Notes under the pieces: model-generated | The model's database searches: none | Told to the model about the DNA's origin: nothing | The model's input: only the letters and a program-made list of their open reading frames with translations | Program-made: the position numbers and the translations under genes | Source of the DNA: Pirellulales bacterium | Lineage (GTDB): Bacteria; Planctomycetota; Planctomycetia; Pirellulales; UBA1268 | DNA: 64,000 bases | NCBI GenBank assembly: GCA_028066355.1 | Contig: JALCBP010000003.1 | Location: 1,751 to 65,750, forward strand | Direction of reading: 5' to 3' | Shown: piece by piece, positions 45,718 through 54,884 of the stretch | Layout of the letters: every line of letters begins with the position of its first letter | How positions within the stretch are numbered: position 1 is the first letter of the stretch

Positions 45718-46927
45718 ATTTGATTATCGAGTTACTCAATGCATCAATAGTATCTTCAGAATGTTTGAAGGACAGACTTACTCGGAGGAGACTCGATCCT
45801 CTTGGAACACTCGGAGGGCGTATTGCGGGTACAAAAAAGCCATCCTTAACGAGGGAAGCAGCTATTTGAACCGCTTGCTGTGGTGTTTTGACGTAGACGG
45901 GCACAATATGTGCTTCAGCGTTACCGATGTTGACTCCGTGCGATAAGAGCTTGTGCCGAAACATATCTGCATTTTCTGTAAGTGTTTTTCGACGAAAAGG
46001 TTCCTCAGATAATAGCTGAATTGCACGTATTCCAACTGCGGCAGATGCTGGTGAATGAGCAGTGGAAAACATCCAACCGCGGGCCCGATGTCTGAGATAT
46101 TCGATAAGAGTGTGGTGACCAGAGACAAAACCACCTGAACCTCCAAGAGCCTTGGAGAGAGTTCCAATTCGCACAGCAACCGAGGAGGCAACGTCAGCTT
46201 CTTCAACAAGTCCACTGCCACGAGTTCCAAAAATTCCAGTAGCGTGTGCTTCATCAACGAGAAGCATACTTTTGGTGTCGTGAGCAAGTTGAGCCATATC
46301 CGCCAGGGGCGCGATCGTACCATCCATGGAAAAGAGGCTATCAGTCACTATGAGTCGTCGCTTTGCGGGAATATTTTTAAGAAGGCTGGCAGCTACTGTA
46401 AGATCGCGGTGTGGATAGATCTGAATATTCGCCCCAGAAAGCCGACAACCGTCGATTATGCTCGCGTGGTTCTTTACATCGCTCACGATAAGATCATGAG
46501 GACCAGTAAGACACGCAATTGTGGACATATTTGCAGCATAACCACTTGGAAAGATGAGAGACTCTTCGGTGTTCAAGAGTGACGAAAGATTTGTTCCAAG
46601 AGACTCGTGAAGGGCAGAATGACCGCTTACCAGTGGACTCGCTCCTGCACCAGCACCCTCGGAGCAAGCTCCTTTTGCAGAAGCTTTAATCAGACGAGAG
46701 TCTCCAGCATAGCCAAGATAGTCATTGGACCCAAAGTTAATAAGTTCACGATCGTTCAGTATGACGGTTCCATCTTGTCGCCCTAAACGTGTTCGGACCG
46801 GTCTGAAGAGATCATTGGATTTGATGGTACCCAAATCGTCTTCAAGCCACTGGAGGCTTTCTGGAAGAGGCTTGCTTGTTGGTGCTACTGGTCGTTGATG
46901 TGATTCATGCTGGCATGACATAGACAA
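45704..46927 (-). CDS. Alpha-oxoamine synthase family PLP enzyme (8-amino-7-oxononanoate synthase / BioF-like)
   Basis: It has INFGSNDYLG, VDEAHATGIFG and the PLP-lysine block GTLSKALGGSGGF. The sequence alone cannot distinguish BioF from SPT, Kbl or CqsA-type enzymes. Confidence 0.75.
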   Translation of the reverse strand: MSMSCQHESHQRPVAPTSKPLPESLQWLEDDLGTIKSNDLFRPVRTRLGRQDGTVILNDRELINFGSNDYLGYAGDSRLIKASAKGACSEGAGAGASPLVSGHSALHESLGTNLSSLLNTEESLIFPSGYAANMSTIACLTGPHDLIVSDVKNHASIIDGCRLSGANIQIYPHRDLTVAASLLKNIPAKRRLIVTDSLFSMDGTIAPLADMAQLAHDTKSMLLVDEAHATGIFGTRGSGLVEEADVASSVAVRIGTLSKALGGSGGFVSGHHTLIEYLRHRARGWMFSTAHSPASAAVGIRAIQLLSEEPFRRKTLTENADMFRHKLLSHGVNIGNAEAHIVPVYVKTPQQAVQIAASLVKDGFFVPAIRPPSVPRGSSLLRVSLSFKHSEDTIDALSNSIIKYVCM

Positions 46928-46930
46928 GTT

Positions 46931-47395
46931 TTACTTTTGTTTTGCAAGTCGTTCAAATACCTTGAAGTGTGCTGCTGAAACAGGATGGACTGAAAGCCTA
47001 CTGCCACGACGCAGCAATTCGAGGCCCTCGAGTGCCTTTACACCACGTAGTTGTTCGAGCGAAATTTCTTTAGGAAAGATCTGAACAAGTTTTACATCGA
47101 CCATGGCCCAAATGGGCTTTTCAGGAGAAGCCTTTATATCTTGATATTTGTGCCCTTCTTTCCAAGCAAAATGATCTGGATACGACTCTTTCACAACTTC
47201 AACAATGCCAACAGCTGCTGGGGGTTTCGCATTTGAGTGATAGAAAATGGCACGATCACCCTTTTTCATTGCTTGCAGAAAGTTTCGGGCTTGGTAGTTG
47301 CGGACACCTTCCCAGCATGTTGTCTTGTTTTTTGAATGAGCAAGATCATGAATTGAGAAAGTTGTTGGTTCACTTTTTATCAGCCAATAATGCAT
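46931..47395 (-). CDS. EVE (PUA-like, DUF55) domain protein
   Basis: 154 aa. Matching blocks are MHYWLIKSEP, WEGVRNYQARNFL..MKKGDRAIFYHS and AVGIVEV. Confidence 0.85.
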   Translation of the reverse strand: MHYWLIKSEPTTFSIHDLAHSKNKTTCWEGVRNYQARNFLQAMKKGDRAIFYHSNAKPPAAVGIVEVVKESYPDHFAWKEGHKYQDIKASPEKPIWAMVDVKLVQIFPKEISLEQLRGVKALEGLELLRRGSRLSVHPVSAAHFKVFERLAKQK

Positions 47396-47516
47396 TGATC
47401 ACTCCACTACAGGTTTGAGAAAGAACACCTGGTTTCTTGTAGCGAAGAATACACTAGGCAGTTCTCTAAGGCATCACGGCGGTTTCTAGACGACGCAATT
47501 GAGGCATTCTAGACCA

Positions 47517-48911
47517 CTAGGCAGATTTCTTAGTGTTTTCTGAGTCGTTTGAATGAACCTTACCAGATTGACTTGTCACGTCGTCTTGCGCTTGCTTTAC
47601 AAAACAACGGCGAACAGTGAGCGGTACTTTTTTCGACACACTGTAAGGAACACGAACGTAATATCTCAAGGTTTTTTTCTCTGTCACGGTGTCGTGGCCG
47701 AGAACACGATACGTACATATTTTTTCTTTCGGCACCATAACGGTATATCGCACTGTTTTTGTCTGTATTTTAGGAACATTTTTTTGAAGAGTCTGCTCAG
47801 GAGTTCGTGTTTCCCAACGGTATTGTGTGAAGTGGGCAGGTTTAGTTCTTTTTTCAGGAACCATTTTTGTTACACAATATGTGCCCGTTCGTTTTTCTTC
47901 ACGAAAAGTGTCTATGGAGACAATCCTCGTTCTTTTTTCAGGAACCATTTTTGTGATAAAGGACTCACGGATTTTTGTTTCTTTACGGTAACGTTGAACA
48001 TAATGTGTGCGAGTTCGTTCTTCAGACCGATACTTCTGCACATACGAGATGTGGGGAACTTCTTCGATAATGCATTTCCAGATTGTGGCAGGAACTTCCC
48101 GAGTGACCGAAGTTGGCACCCACTTCCGACGGTAAATAGTTGCCGGAACACCCGGATCTCCTGCAGGATCACAGCGGCTGTTCTCTGATACTTTCTGTGC
48201 TTCCATCCCCCAGTGTCCACCATGACAGACGACTGTTTTTGTTGTTTTGACTGGCACCCGTTTGGTTACCTTCCGATAAGTAATTATTTTTTCTTGATAC
48301 GGTACCTTAACGGTGTATGTTTCATGGACTTTCTCAAGAAAGGGAATTCTGACGGTATATTCTTCTGTTTTCTTCTCCTCAACAGGTACCATCACGATGA
48401 ACATTTCCTCAAATGTTTTTTTGAATGGAACCTTCACAGTCCAACTGGTTGTTCGCTCCTGCTGCACTGGAATCATCACTGTGTATTGCTTATCAAATTG
48501 TTCCTGATTGGGAATCCTGACTGGGTTTACGTGTCGCTGATTGCTGGGAAAATGTTCTGTTGTGCACTGAACAGTTTTCGTTCTATTTTCAGGAATCATA
48601 ACGGTGTACTTTTTTGATCGATATTCTGTGTGAGGCACGCGTTTCTTTATTGTGTATGCGAGCGTGCGCTCCTCCATTCGCCATTTCGTATAGCAAATAT
48701 CTCTCATCTCTGTTCCGTCGTGCGATCGCATGAGAGTTTGTTTAGGACTACTGTGTGAACTGTTTTGAAAAAGATGCGAGCCTCCTTGCTGAGCTTCGAC
48801 CAGAAATTGTGTCTGTGTCGCTTCATCGTGCGCGAGGCCCAGACTACTACTGGTAAAAAGATATGCTCCTGTTATCCATAGCAACACATGAAAGTTTTTC
48901 GTACCTGTCAC
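47517..48911 (-). CDS. Secreted YTV-repeat protein
   Basis: It has a signal peptide, then more than 10 degenerate repeats of the type YTVMIPE.RTKTV / YTVRIPF / YTVKVPYQEK / VTKMVPEKRT[RK] / YTVMVPKEK. The identical 25-nt string TTCTTTTTTCAGGAACCATTTTTGT occurs twice (~47849 and ~47930). Confidence 0.7.
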   Translation of the reverse strand: MTGTKNFHVLLWITGAYLFTSSSLGLAHDEATQTQFLVEAQQGGSHLFQNSSHSSPKQTLMRSHDGTEMRDICYTKWRMEERTLAYTIKKRVPHTEYRSKKYTVMIPENRTKTVQCTTEHFPSNQRHVNPVRIPNQEQFDKQYTVMIPVQQERTTSWTVKVPFKKTFEEMFIVMVPVEEKKTEEYTVRIPFLEKVHETYTVKVPYQEKIITYRKVTKRVPVKTTKTVVCHGGHWGMEAQKVSENSRCDPAGDPGVPATIYRRKWVPTSVTREVPATIWKCIIEEVPHISYVQKYRSEERTRTHYVQRYRKETKIRESFITKMVPEKRTRIVSIDTFREEKRTGTYCVTKMVPEKRTKPAHFTQYRWETRTPEQTLQKNVPKIQTKTVRYTVMVPKEKICTYRVLGHDTVTEKKTLRYYVRVPYSVSKKVPLTVRRCFVKQAQDDVTSQSGKVHSNDSENTKKSA

Positions 48912-49017
48912 TACAGAATTCCTTCTCTTCTAGTCGTAACGGTTATCAGTCTGCTCGAATACAGATCATGACAAGGCACCATCTGTTATTTACCGAACCG
49001 GAATGCAACTCGAAACA

Positions 49018-49043
49018 AAGTGTGGCCCCGTAGCGGCACACTT
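49018..49043 (-). terminator. Weak hairpin downstream of the zinc-ribbon gene
   Basis: AAGTGTG (49018-49024) pairs with CACACTT (49037-49043) around a 12-nt loop. On the minus strand it is followed by TTGTTTCGAG. The stability is marginal. Confidence 0.3.
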
Positions 49044-49110
49044 GGACACAAATAGAATCACATTGTTCTAACCGAACAAAAGAAAGATCGAGTTTTCCTA
49101 ATCAAAAAAC

Positions 49111-49308
49111 TCAGCCTGTTTTGAAATCTTCAGATTGTTTGGAATCTACCGGGAATGGCGGTTGTTGGTCACAGGGACGAGCACCCATGGGACCACCCTC
49201 ACAGCATGTTTCCAAAATCATTCCACATTGTCGGCAATGAAGTTTGGCACGAATTTCATGCGTGTCACCGCCACACACCGGACAAATAGATTTTGGAGAT
49301 TCTGACAT
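49111..49308 (-). CDS. Small (65 aa) zinc-ribbon protein
   Basis: The CPVCGG...CRQCG pairs are spaced as in a zinc ribbon, followed by a CC pair (TCCEGG). Confidence 0.55.
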   Translation of the reverse strand: MSESPKSICPVCGGDTHEIRAKLHCRQCGMILETCCEGGPMGARPCDQQPPFPVDSKQSEDFKTG

Positions 49309-49349
49309 AAAAATTCGGATGCAACAGGGTACGTGAAAACGATAAGTGC

Positions 49350-49826
49350 CTAGAGATTCATTCCAAGAAAGCCACCAGCAGCGTCACTCGCAGCCTGTTC
49401 GCGTTCAATTCGATTTATTGCCTCAGACAGATCACCTGCTGCAATATACCGATCAAATTCGATTTCGACTGCATGGCTTACACTGTTTTTGAGCCATTCA
49501 ACAGCTGGTTGTGTGAGCCAATCACATGTTTCTGTATCAAGACAAATAATGAGATCACTGCCAATGGTCTGACTGTCATTGTCATTTGTTATGACGGTAC
49601 CCTCGAATGCAAACTTTACCCAGCCAATTTCTGGGTTATTTGTAAATCGAAACTGACACTTGGCGTCGGTAAGATAATATGTGTTGCGAGTACCATGTTT
49701 TGTGACGGCTGCCTGTAACAATTCAAGACGTCTTCGAAAAGTAGGTGATGCATCTAGGGGTATGTCGAAGCGAGAAATGCTTCGTAATGGCGTACAGTCA
49801 AATGTAATCGTGACCGGTAAATCCAT
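49350..49826 (-). CDS. Hypothetical protein (158 aa)
   Basis: The ORF is clean with no recognizable motif. I prefer the ATG at 49826 (MDLPVTITF), which has AAGGAA 7 nt upstream. The ORF-track start at 49898 would overlap the apbE upstream region. Confidence 0.5.
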   Translation of the reverse strand: MDLPVTITFDCTPLRSISRFDIPLDASPTFRRRLELLQAAVTKHGTRNTYYLTDAKCQFRFTNNPEIGWVKFAFEGTVITNDNDSQTIGSDLIICLDTETCDWLTQPAVEWLKNSVSHAVEIEFDRYIAAGDLSEAINRIEREQAASDAAGGFLGMNL

Positions 49827-49931
49827 CGAATGTTCCTTTATTAAATCAAAAGCTTGGACATACACGTGATCTTTTCTGCAAGCCGAAAACAAACTCAATT
49901 CTACCTCAATGGAGTGAGTTATTCATCCCAA

Positions 49932-50969
49932 ATGGTGTTATGGGTACTAATTTCCTTTATTCTTCTCTCGCAAATACCAGCGAATGCAGCGTCGCTCAGT
50001 CGTTATTCGGGTACCAGAAGGTGTATGGGAGTGACCTGGACTGTAACAGCGTTTGCAGAGTCACTTTCCAAAGCCGAAAAAGCAATTACAGCAGCACTCG
50101 ATGAGGTCAGTCGACTTGAACAAGTCCTGTCTGATTACAAACCAAAAAGTGAACTATGCCAACTCTCTGCTTTGGCACCAACACTGTCGCCGACACCAGT
50201 CAGTCCAGAACTCTGGGAAGTTCTTGTTCAAGCTACCGCTTGGCGCGATCGGAGTCATGGGGCTTTTGATCCAACGGTTGGAGTTTTTACAGACTTATGG
50301 AGAAAATCACGACAGACAAAGCGCATGCCTCTTGCAAGACAGCTTGTAGCTGCCCGTAATGCATCAGGCCCGGACACGTTGAGGCTAGAAGACGGCCACA
50401 AGGTTAGCCTTCTTAAACCTGATATGAGGCTTGACCTCGGTGGTATCGGTATGGGTTTTGCCATCGATCAGGGATTAAACATTCTAAAGGTCAATGATAT
50501 TGTTGCTGGAATGATTGATGCATCGGGTGATATAGGTGTCATTGGGAGACCACCAAATTCAGCTGGTTGGCGGGTAGAAGTAGATGCACTTGGCAGGCAG
50601 CCAGAAAAAAATAGATGTGAAGATCTGCCACCAATTTTCATAACACTTCAAGATGCATCTGTGACAACTTCTGGAGATGCATTTCAAGCCGTTGAAATAG
50701 AAGGAATACGATATAGTCATATCGTCGATCCAAGAACAGGTATTGGTGTAGTTGGTTCAACAGGTGTGACTGTTATTGCACCTGATGCAACGACTGCAGA
50801 TGCCTTGGCAACAACCCTGAGCGTACTTGGTCCAGAGGCCGGCTGCGAATTTGTAGAAAAGACCAAAGACTGTTCGGCACGCTTTGTCTGGTATGAAGCT
50901 GGACAGATTAGGGTACAGACGTCTTCTCGATGGTCTACCCAAACCTCCTATTCTTCGCAGAAAAAATAA
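49932..50969 (+). CDS. apbE: FAD:protein FMN transferase (ApbE family)
   Basis: Matching blocks are AFDPTVG, DLGGIGMGFAID, DASGDIG, TTSGD and YSHIVDPRTG. I prefer the ATG at 49932, which gives a signal-peptide start (MVLWVLISFILL..ANA), over 49854. Confidence 0.88.
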   Translation: MVLWVLISFILLSQIPANAASLSRYSGTRRCMGVTWTVTAFAESLSKAEKAITAALDEVSRLEQVLSDYKPKSELCQLSALAPTLSPTPVSPELWEVLVQATAWRDRSHGAFDPTVGVFTDLWRKSRQTKRMPLARQLVAARNASGPDTLRLEDGHKVSLLKPDMRLDLGGIGMGFAIDQGLNILKVNDIVAGMIDASGDIGVIGRPPNSAGWRVEVDALGRQPEKNRCEDLPPIFITLQDASVTTSGDAFQAVEIEGIRYSHIVDPRTGIGVVGSTGVTVIAPDATTADALATTLSVLGPEAGCEFVEKTKDCSARFVWYEAGQIRVQTSSRWSTQTSYSSQKK

Positions 50970-51259
50970 AAACAGGTCATAAATAACGGTTAGCACAAGT
51001 TTGTCGATTCAGTCGTCGATATGAACTGTGCTGGCGCTACGCCCTAGGGTGTGCGACGACGTGGGTACGATCCGGGGGGTTATCGTACTCAGAAGACTTT
51101 CTGTTGTGTATCAACGGCAAGGGAAACCTTGCTGTATGGATACTCGGAAAGAATTCCCTCCAGGGCGGAGCGTCAGTTTGTTCAACGCAACGTGGGAAGT
51201 CTTGTGGCGGTTAGCCACACTTCCCACGCTGATCAACGAACCTGATAAAGAAAACCTCC

Positions 51260-53593
51260 GTGAACAGTTGGTTCCAAAAAATCGGCATGCTTTTCAGCTG
51301 TATGGCTATTGCAGCGAGTGGATGTGCGCCACGGCAGCCATTTTATTTTTTCGAGGATGGTGATCTTTCTCATTATGTAGGCGCTGTTCAAAAAATAGAA
51401 TACCCAGATACATGCCAAGATCCACTTGATGAGGCGGCTGAAACAGTTGAGCCTCTTACACTCTCAAATGCGAATTTTGAAGAAATTTGGGAAGTGACGC
51501 TTGAGGATGCGATTCGTACTGCTCTCGAAAATGGCAAAGTTCTTCGAAACTTAGGTGGCAGGTTCAGTAGTTTTGGAGGGCCCAGACCGCAGACTGGTGA
51601 GCCACCAGTATCACTTTTGACGAATCCAGATCTTACTCCGACTGTCTATGATCCAGCTCTTGTCGAAACGGATCCATTTCGTGGTGTTGAGAGTGCCCTC
51701 GCACAATTTGATGTCCAGCTTTCGAGTTCACTGACATGGGAACGGCAGAATAGGCCGCAGAATGTTGGTGGGCCAGGAACGATTATCTTCCAACAACACT
51801 TGTTGGGTGATACAGGAAACTGGACAACGGGTTTACAAAAACGAACGGCAACTGGTGCAACCTTTGGGCTCGCGAATGAAACCTTATACGACAATAACAA
51901 TTCACCAATTCGACAGACGGGTGTCCCATCGACGTGGACAACTAATTACGACTTTTCATTCCAACAACCGCTACTTCAAGGTGCAGGCCTCACGTATAAC
52001 CGAATCGCTGGTCCAGATGCCTTTGAGAATCTGTATGGCAGACCAAATTTCCGCGGTGTTCTCCTTGCACGAGTGAGTGCAGATATTTCACTGGCTGATT
52101 TTGAAATTGGTGTTCGAAACTTGATTAGTGATACCGAGCAAGCCTATTGGGAACTTTACTTCGCCTTCCGTGACCTCGAAGCTCGTAAGGTCGGTCGCGA
52201 TAGTGCACTGGAGGCATGGCGTCGAGTGCATGCTCTCTATGTTGAACAATCACGCGGTGGTGAAGCAGATAAAGAAGCACAGGCTCGAGAACAATATTTC
52301 TTTTTTCGTAGTGAAGTTGAACAGGCGCTCAACTCAGTGTTCAGTGCTGAGAATAGGCTGCGATACATGATGGGGATCTCATCTTCTGATGGACGACTAA
52401 TACGTCCTGCCGATGAACCAACAACAGCACGAGTTACATTCGATTGGCAACAATCTCTCGTAGAAGCACTTTCTCGATCTGCCGAACTCCGTCGACAAAA
52501 ATGGAGAATCAAGCAGCGAGAGCTCGAGTTGACAGCGGCGAAGAATCTTATTCTGCCGCGACTTGATCTCGTGGGAAGATGGCGTTTCTTAGGGATGGGT
52601 AATGACTTACTCGGTGGGAATAATTCATATGGTGCCGATGGAGCAGATCCACTTGATGGAACAAATGCATATGCAACCCTCTTCCACGGCGAATTTCAAG
52701 AATGGCAGGCGGGTGCTCAGTTCTTAATGCCACTCGGTTTTCGTCGTGAACTGGCGACGGTACGGCATCATCAACTGCAGTTAGCGAAGGCTCGTGCTCA
52801 ACTTCAAGATGAAGAGCTTGAAGTCTCGCATGCACTCGTCGAAGCAATACGAAATATTGATACAAACTTTGCCCTTGCACAGACGAACTTTAATCGACGT
52901 GTGGCTGCCGAGCGACAGGTTGAAGCAGTACAAGCCGCTTATGATGCCGGTACGACAACTTTTGATCAGTTACTTGATGCCCAGCGACGAAGAGCTCAGG
53001 CAGAAAGTGCCTATTTCAGATCGCTTATTGATTACAACCGATCGATCGCACAGTTCCATTTTCGTAAGGGATCGTTACTCGAATATAACGGTGTTTTTCT
53101 CTCAGAAGGACCATGGCCGGGTAAGGCGTATTTTGATGCCCATAGAAGAGCACGTCAGCGAGATGCCAGTCTCTATTTAGACTATGGTCATTCTCGTCCC
53201 GGAGTTTTCAGTCGTGGCCCGATAACTCAACAATTTGATGCCGTTGGTGCTGCAGCCCGAGCGCAGCAGATGCCACCACGAGATCCAGCGACTCGTGAAT
53301 TACCGGCAAAGTTGCCTCGTGATTTCAATACCGAAGAACTCCCAACACCAATGCCAAACGAAACACCGAGTTTCCCAGCGGCAGCACAAGGTTTTCCAGG
53401 TGAAGAGATAAAACTTTCGTCATTTCAGCCAACAAAGAAATCAGCCATCGATTCAGTTTCAACCGCAGATGAAACAAAGCAGCTGCAGGAAAGGAACGCA
53501 GATATTGTTACAACTGGGTGGCAAGAGCCAGTGACTCCAGCAGCGAAGGTAGTAATCAACCCGGACTCTGCTGCTAAGACACAGCTACAGTAG
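51260..53593 (+). CDS. TolC-family outer membrane efflux protein, lipoprotein-type, with long Pro-rich C-terminal extension
   Basis: It has a lipobox-like IAASGC and the OEP N-terminal block LTLEDAIRTALENGKVL. Two OEP repeats with coiled-coil regions follow. The last ~170 aa are low-complexity and Pro-rich. The start is either the GTG at 51260 or the ATG at 51287. Confidence 0.8.
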   Translation: MNSWFQKIGMLFSCMAIAASGCAPRQPFYFFEDGDLSHYVGAVQKIEYPDTCQDPLDEAAETVEPLTLSNANFEEIWEVTLEDAIRTALENGKVLRNLGGRFSSFGGPRPQTGEPPVSLLTNPDLTPTVYDPALVETDPFRGVESALAQFDVQLSSSLTWERQNRPQNVGGPGTIIFQQHLLGDTGNWTTGLQKRTATGATFGLANETLYDNNNSPIRQTGVPSTWTTNYDFSFQQPLLQGAGLTYNRIAGPDAFENLYGRPNFRGVLLARVSADISLADFEIGVRNLISDTEQAYWELYFAFRDLEARKVGRDSALEAWRRVHALYVEQSRGGEADKEAQAREQYFFFRSEVEQALNSVFSAENRLRYMMGISSSDGRLIRPADEPTTARVTFDWQQSLVEALSRSAELRRQKWRIKQRELELTAAKNLILPRLDLVGRWRFLGMGNDLLGGNNSYGADGADPLDGTNAYATLFHGEFQEWQAGAQFLMPLGFRRELATVRHHQLQLAKARAQLQDEELEVSHALVEAIRNIDTNFALAQTNFNRRVAAERQVEAVQAAYDAGTTTFDQLLDAQRRRAQAESAYFRSLIDYNRSIAQFHFRKGSLLEYNGVFLSEGPWPGKAYFDAHRRARQRDASLYLDYGHSRPGVFSRGPITQQFDAVGAAARAQQMPPRDPATRELPAKLPRDFNTEELPTPMPNETPSFPAAAQGFPGEEIKLSSFQPTKKSAIDSVSTADETKQLQERNADIVTTGWQEPVTPAAKVVINPDSAAKTQLQ

Positions 53594-53660
53594 AAAACAG
53601 CAGATGTTTCCTCATATTCGCTCACAATATTCCGTTGCTCGACGTACGATTGAATAAAAT

Positions 53661-54884
53661 TTAAGGAGCAGCAGCAGGAAATGGTATTGCTGCCGCTTGT
53701 CGAGCCTTATTGAATACCTCAATATCTTTCTCCCTGAGTTGAGTAAGCAGGGAGGCACTTTTCTCTGATGGATACGCCAAGAGATACCCAATAATTGCCG
53801 GCCGAATGAGTGGATCTTCGGTACCAAGAGTATCCCACATTGCAACAATCTGGTTACAAAATGCCCAATCTTGATATCGTGATAAGTCAACAATGACCTC
53901 GCGCGTAAGGTGTGGCACGGGGAAGAGTTTACGAGTGATGAAGGTAACTTCTGTTCGGGGGATCGTGTCAGATGGATATTCCCAGCAAAACCGCAATGCT
54001 TGTAGAAGATGTCGCTGATTAACAGGGCTTGCCTCATTCTCGAAGAGATTCTCACGTTCTAAAACCGGCAGTGCTTGTTTACCTAACGCGATAAAGAGTC
54101 CAGCCATAATGCCATCAAGGCCAGCCTGAAAATCACTTGATTGGTCTTTGGTAATCATGCGAACAAGCACGTTCGCGCATGCTGATTGAGACTCTTTCGA
54201 TGACTGACGAGCTAGTACACCAGCCACTATCCCATAGAACCCACGCCTTTGCTGTTGAATGGATAGATCATTCAGATGATCGACAACGTGCTCTGGAGAA
54301 AAAGCATGAGCTGAGTCTCGAACTTCCTGAAATGGAGCGAGGGCAAATTCGGCATAGGCATCTTTTGAAATAGCAGGATTGGGATGATCCAGCCATTGGG
54401 CAAACCACTCAAGGCGGTTTTTATCGTTAAAAATCTTCTGCGTTAATGGAGGTATTTGGAGAGCGTAGCCAAGAAACATTTCATCAGCAGCATGCGCAGT
54501 CCACCCAGTAACAGGAAGATCAAAAAGTAAAGCAGTCCCCGAGAAAGTAGTTTCAACAGTAGCTTTTACCAAGGGTATAGCAGACTCAATGGCAACTACT
54601 TTTCTACCTGAAGGCGTCGGAATTATTCTCGAAAGAAGTGAAAAAGACTGGTGTTGTTGGCCTTGTATATTTGCAACTGCATCTGTTACCGAGTCGCCAA
54701 TGGCAATGTCACTTGATCGTTCGATACTATAAGAGAGTGGTGTTTCAACAGGGCCACAGAATGGGCATGCTGGGCTTGTCGAAGCGAGAGACGAGAGCAA
54801 GCAAAGAGTTAAACATGCCCTACGCGATACAGTGTCTAAATGCATCCACATGATCGATAATTGGAGATACTTCTGGCCGATCAT
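53661..54884 (-). CDS. Secreted hypothetical protein with N-terminal Cys-Pro-Phe-Cys motif (paralog of 56125-57639)
   Basis: The signal peptide is followed immediately by ACPFCGP. Blocks shared with the 504-aa paralog are DAYAEFALAP/DAYDEFAIAP, QQRRGFY/SNRRRLY, GLDG/GLDA, ALRF and DLSRYQDW/DLARWQDW. Its ATGA start overlaps the stop of the upstream gene. Confidence 0.6.
   Translation of the reverse strand: MIGQKYLQLSIMWMHLDTVSRRACLTLCLLSSLASTSPACPFCGPVETPLSYSIERSSDIAIGDSVTDAVANIQGQQHQSFSLLSRIIPTPSGRKVVAIESAIPLVKATVETTFSGTALLFDLPVTGWTAHAADEMFLGYALQIPPLTQKIFNDKNRLEWFAQWLDHPNPAISKDAYAEFALAPFQEVRDSAHAFSPEHVVDHLNDLSIQQQRRGFYGIVAGVLARQSSKESQSACANVLVRMITKDQSSDFQAGLDGIMAGLFIALGKQALPVLERENLFENEASPVNQRHLLQALRFCWEYPSDTIPRTEVTFITRKLFPVPHLTREVIVDLSRYQDWAFCNQIVAMWDTLGTEDPLIRPAIIGYLLAYPSEKSASLLTQLREKDIEVFNKARQAAAIPFPAAAP

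Noticed and set aside
51028-51363. 111-aa and 64-aa plus-strand ORFs in the apbE-tolC spacer
   Set aside because: They have no SD and no recognisable protein features. They overlap the hairpin-rich leader and the tolC start, so the region is better explained as non-coding structured RNA or DNA.
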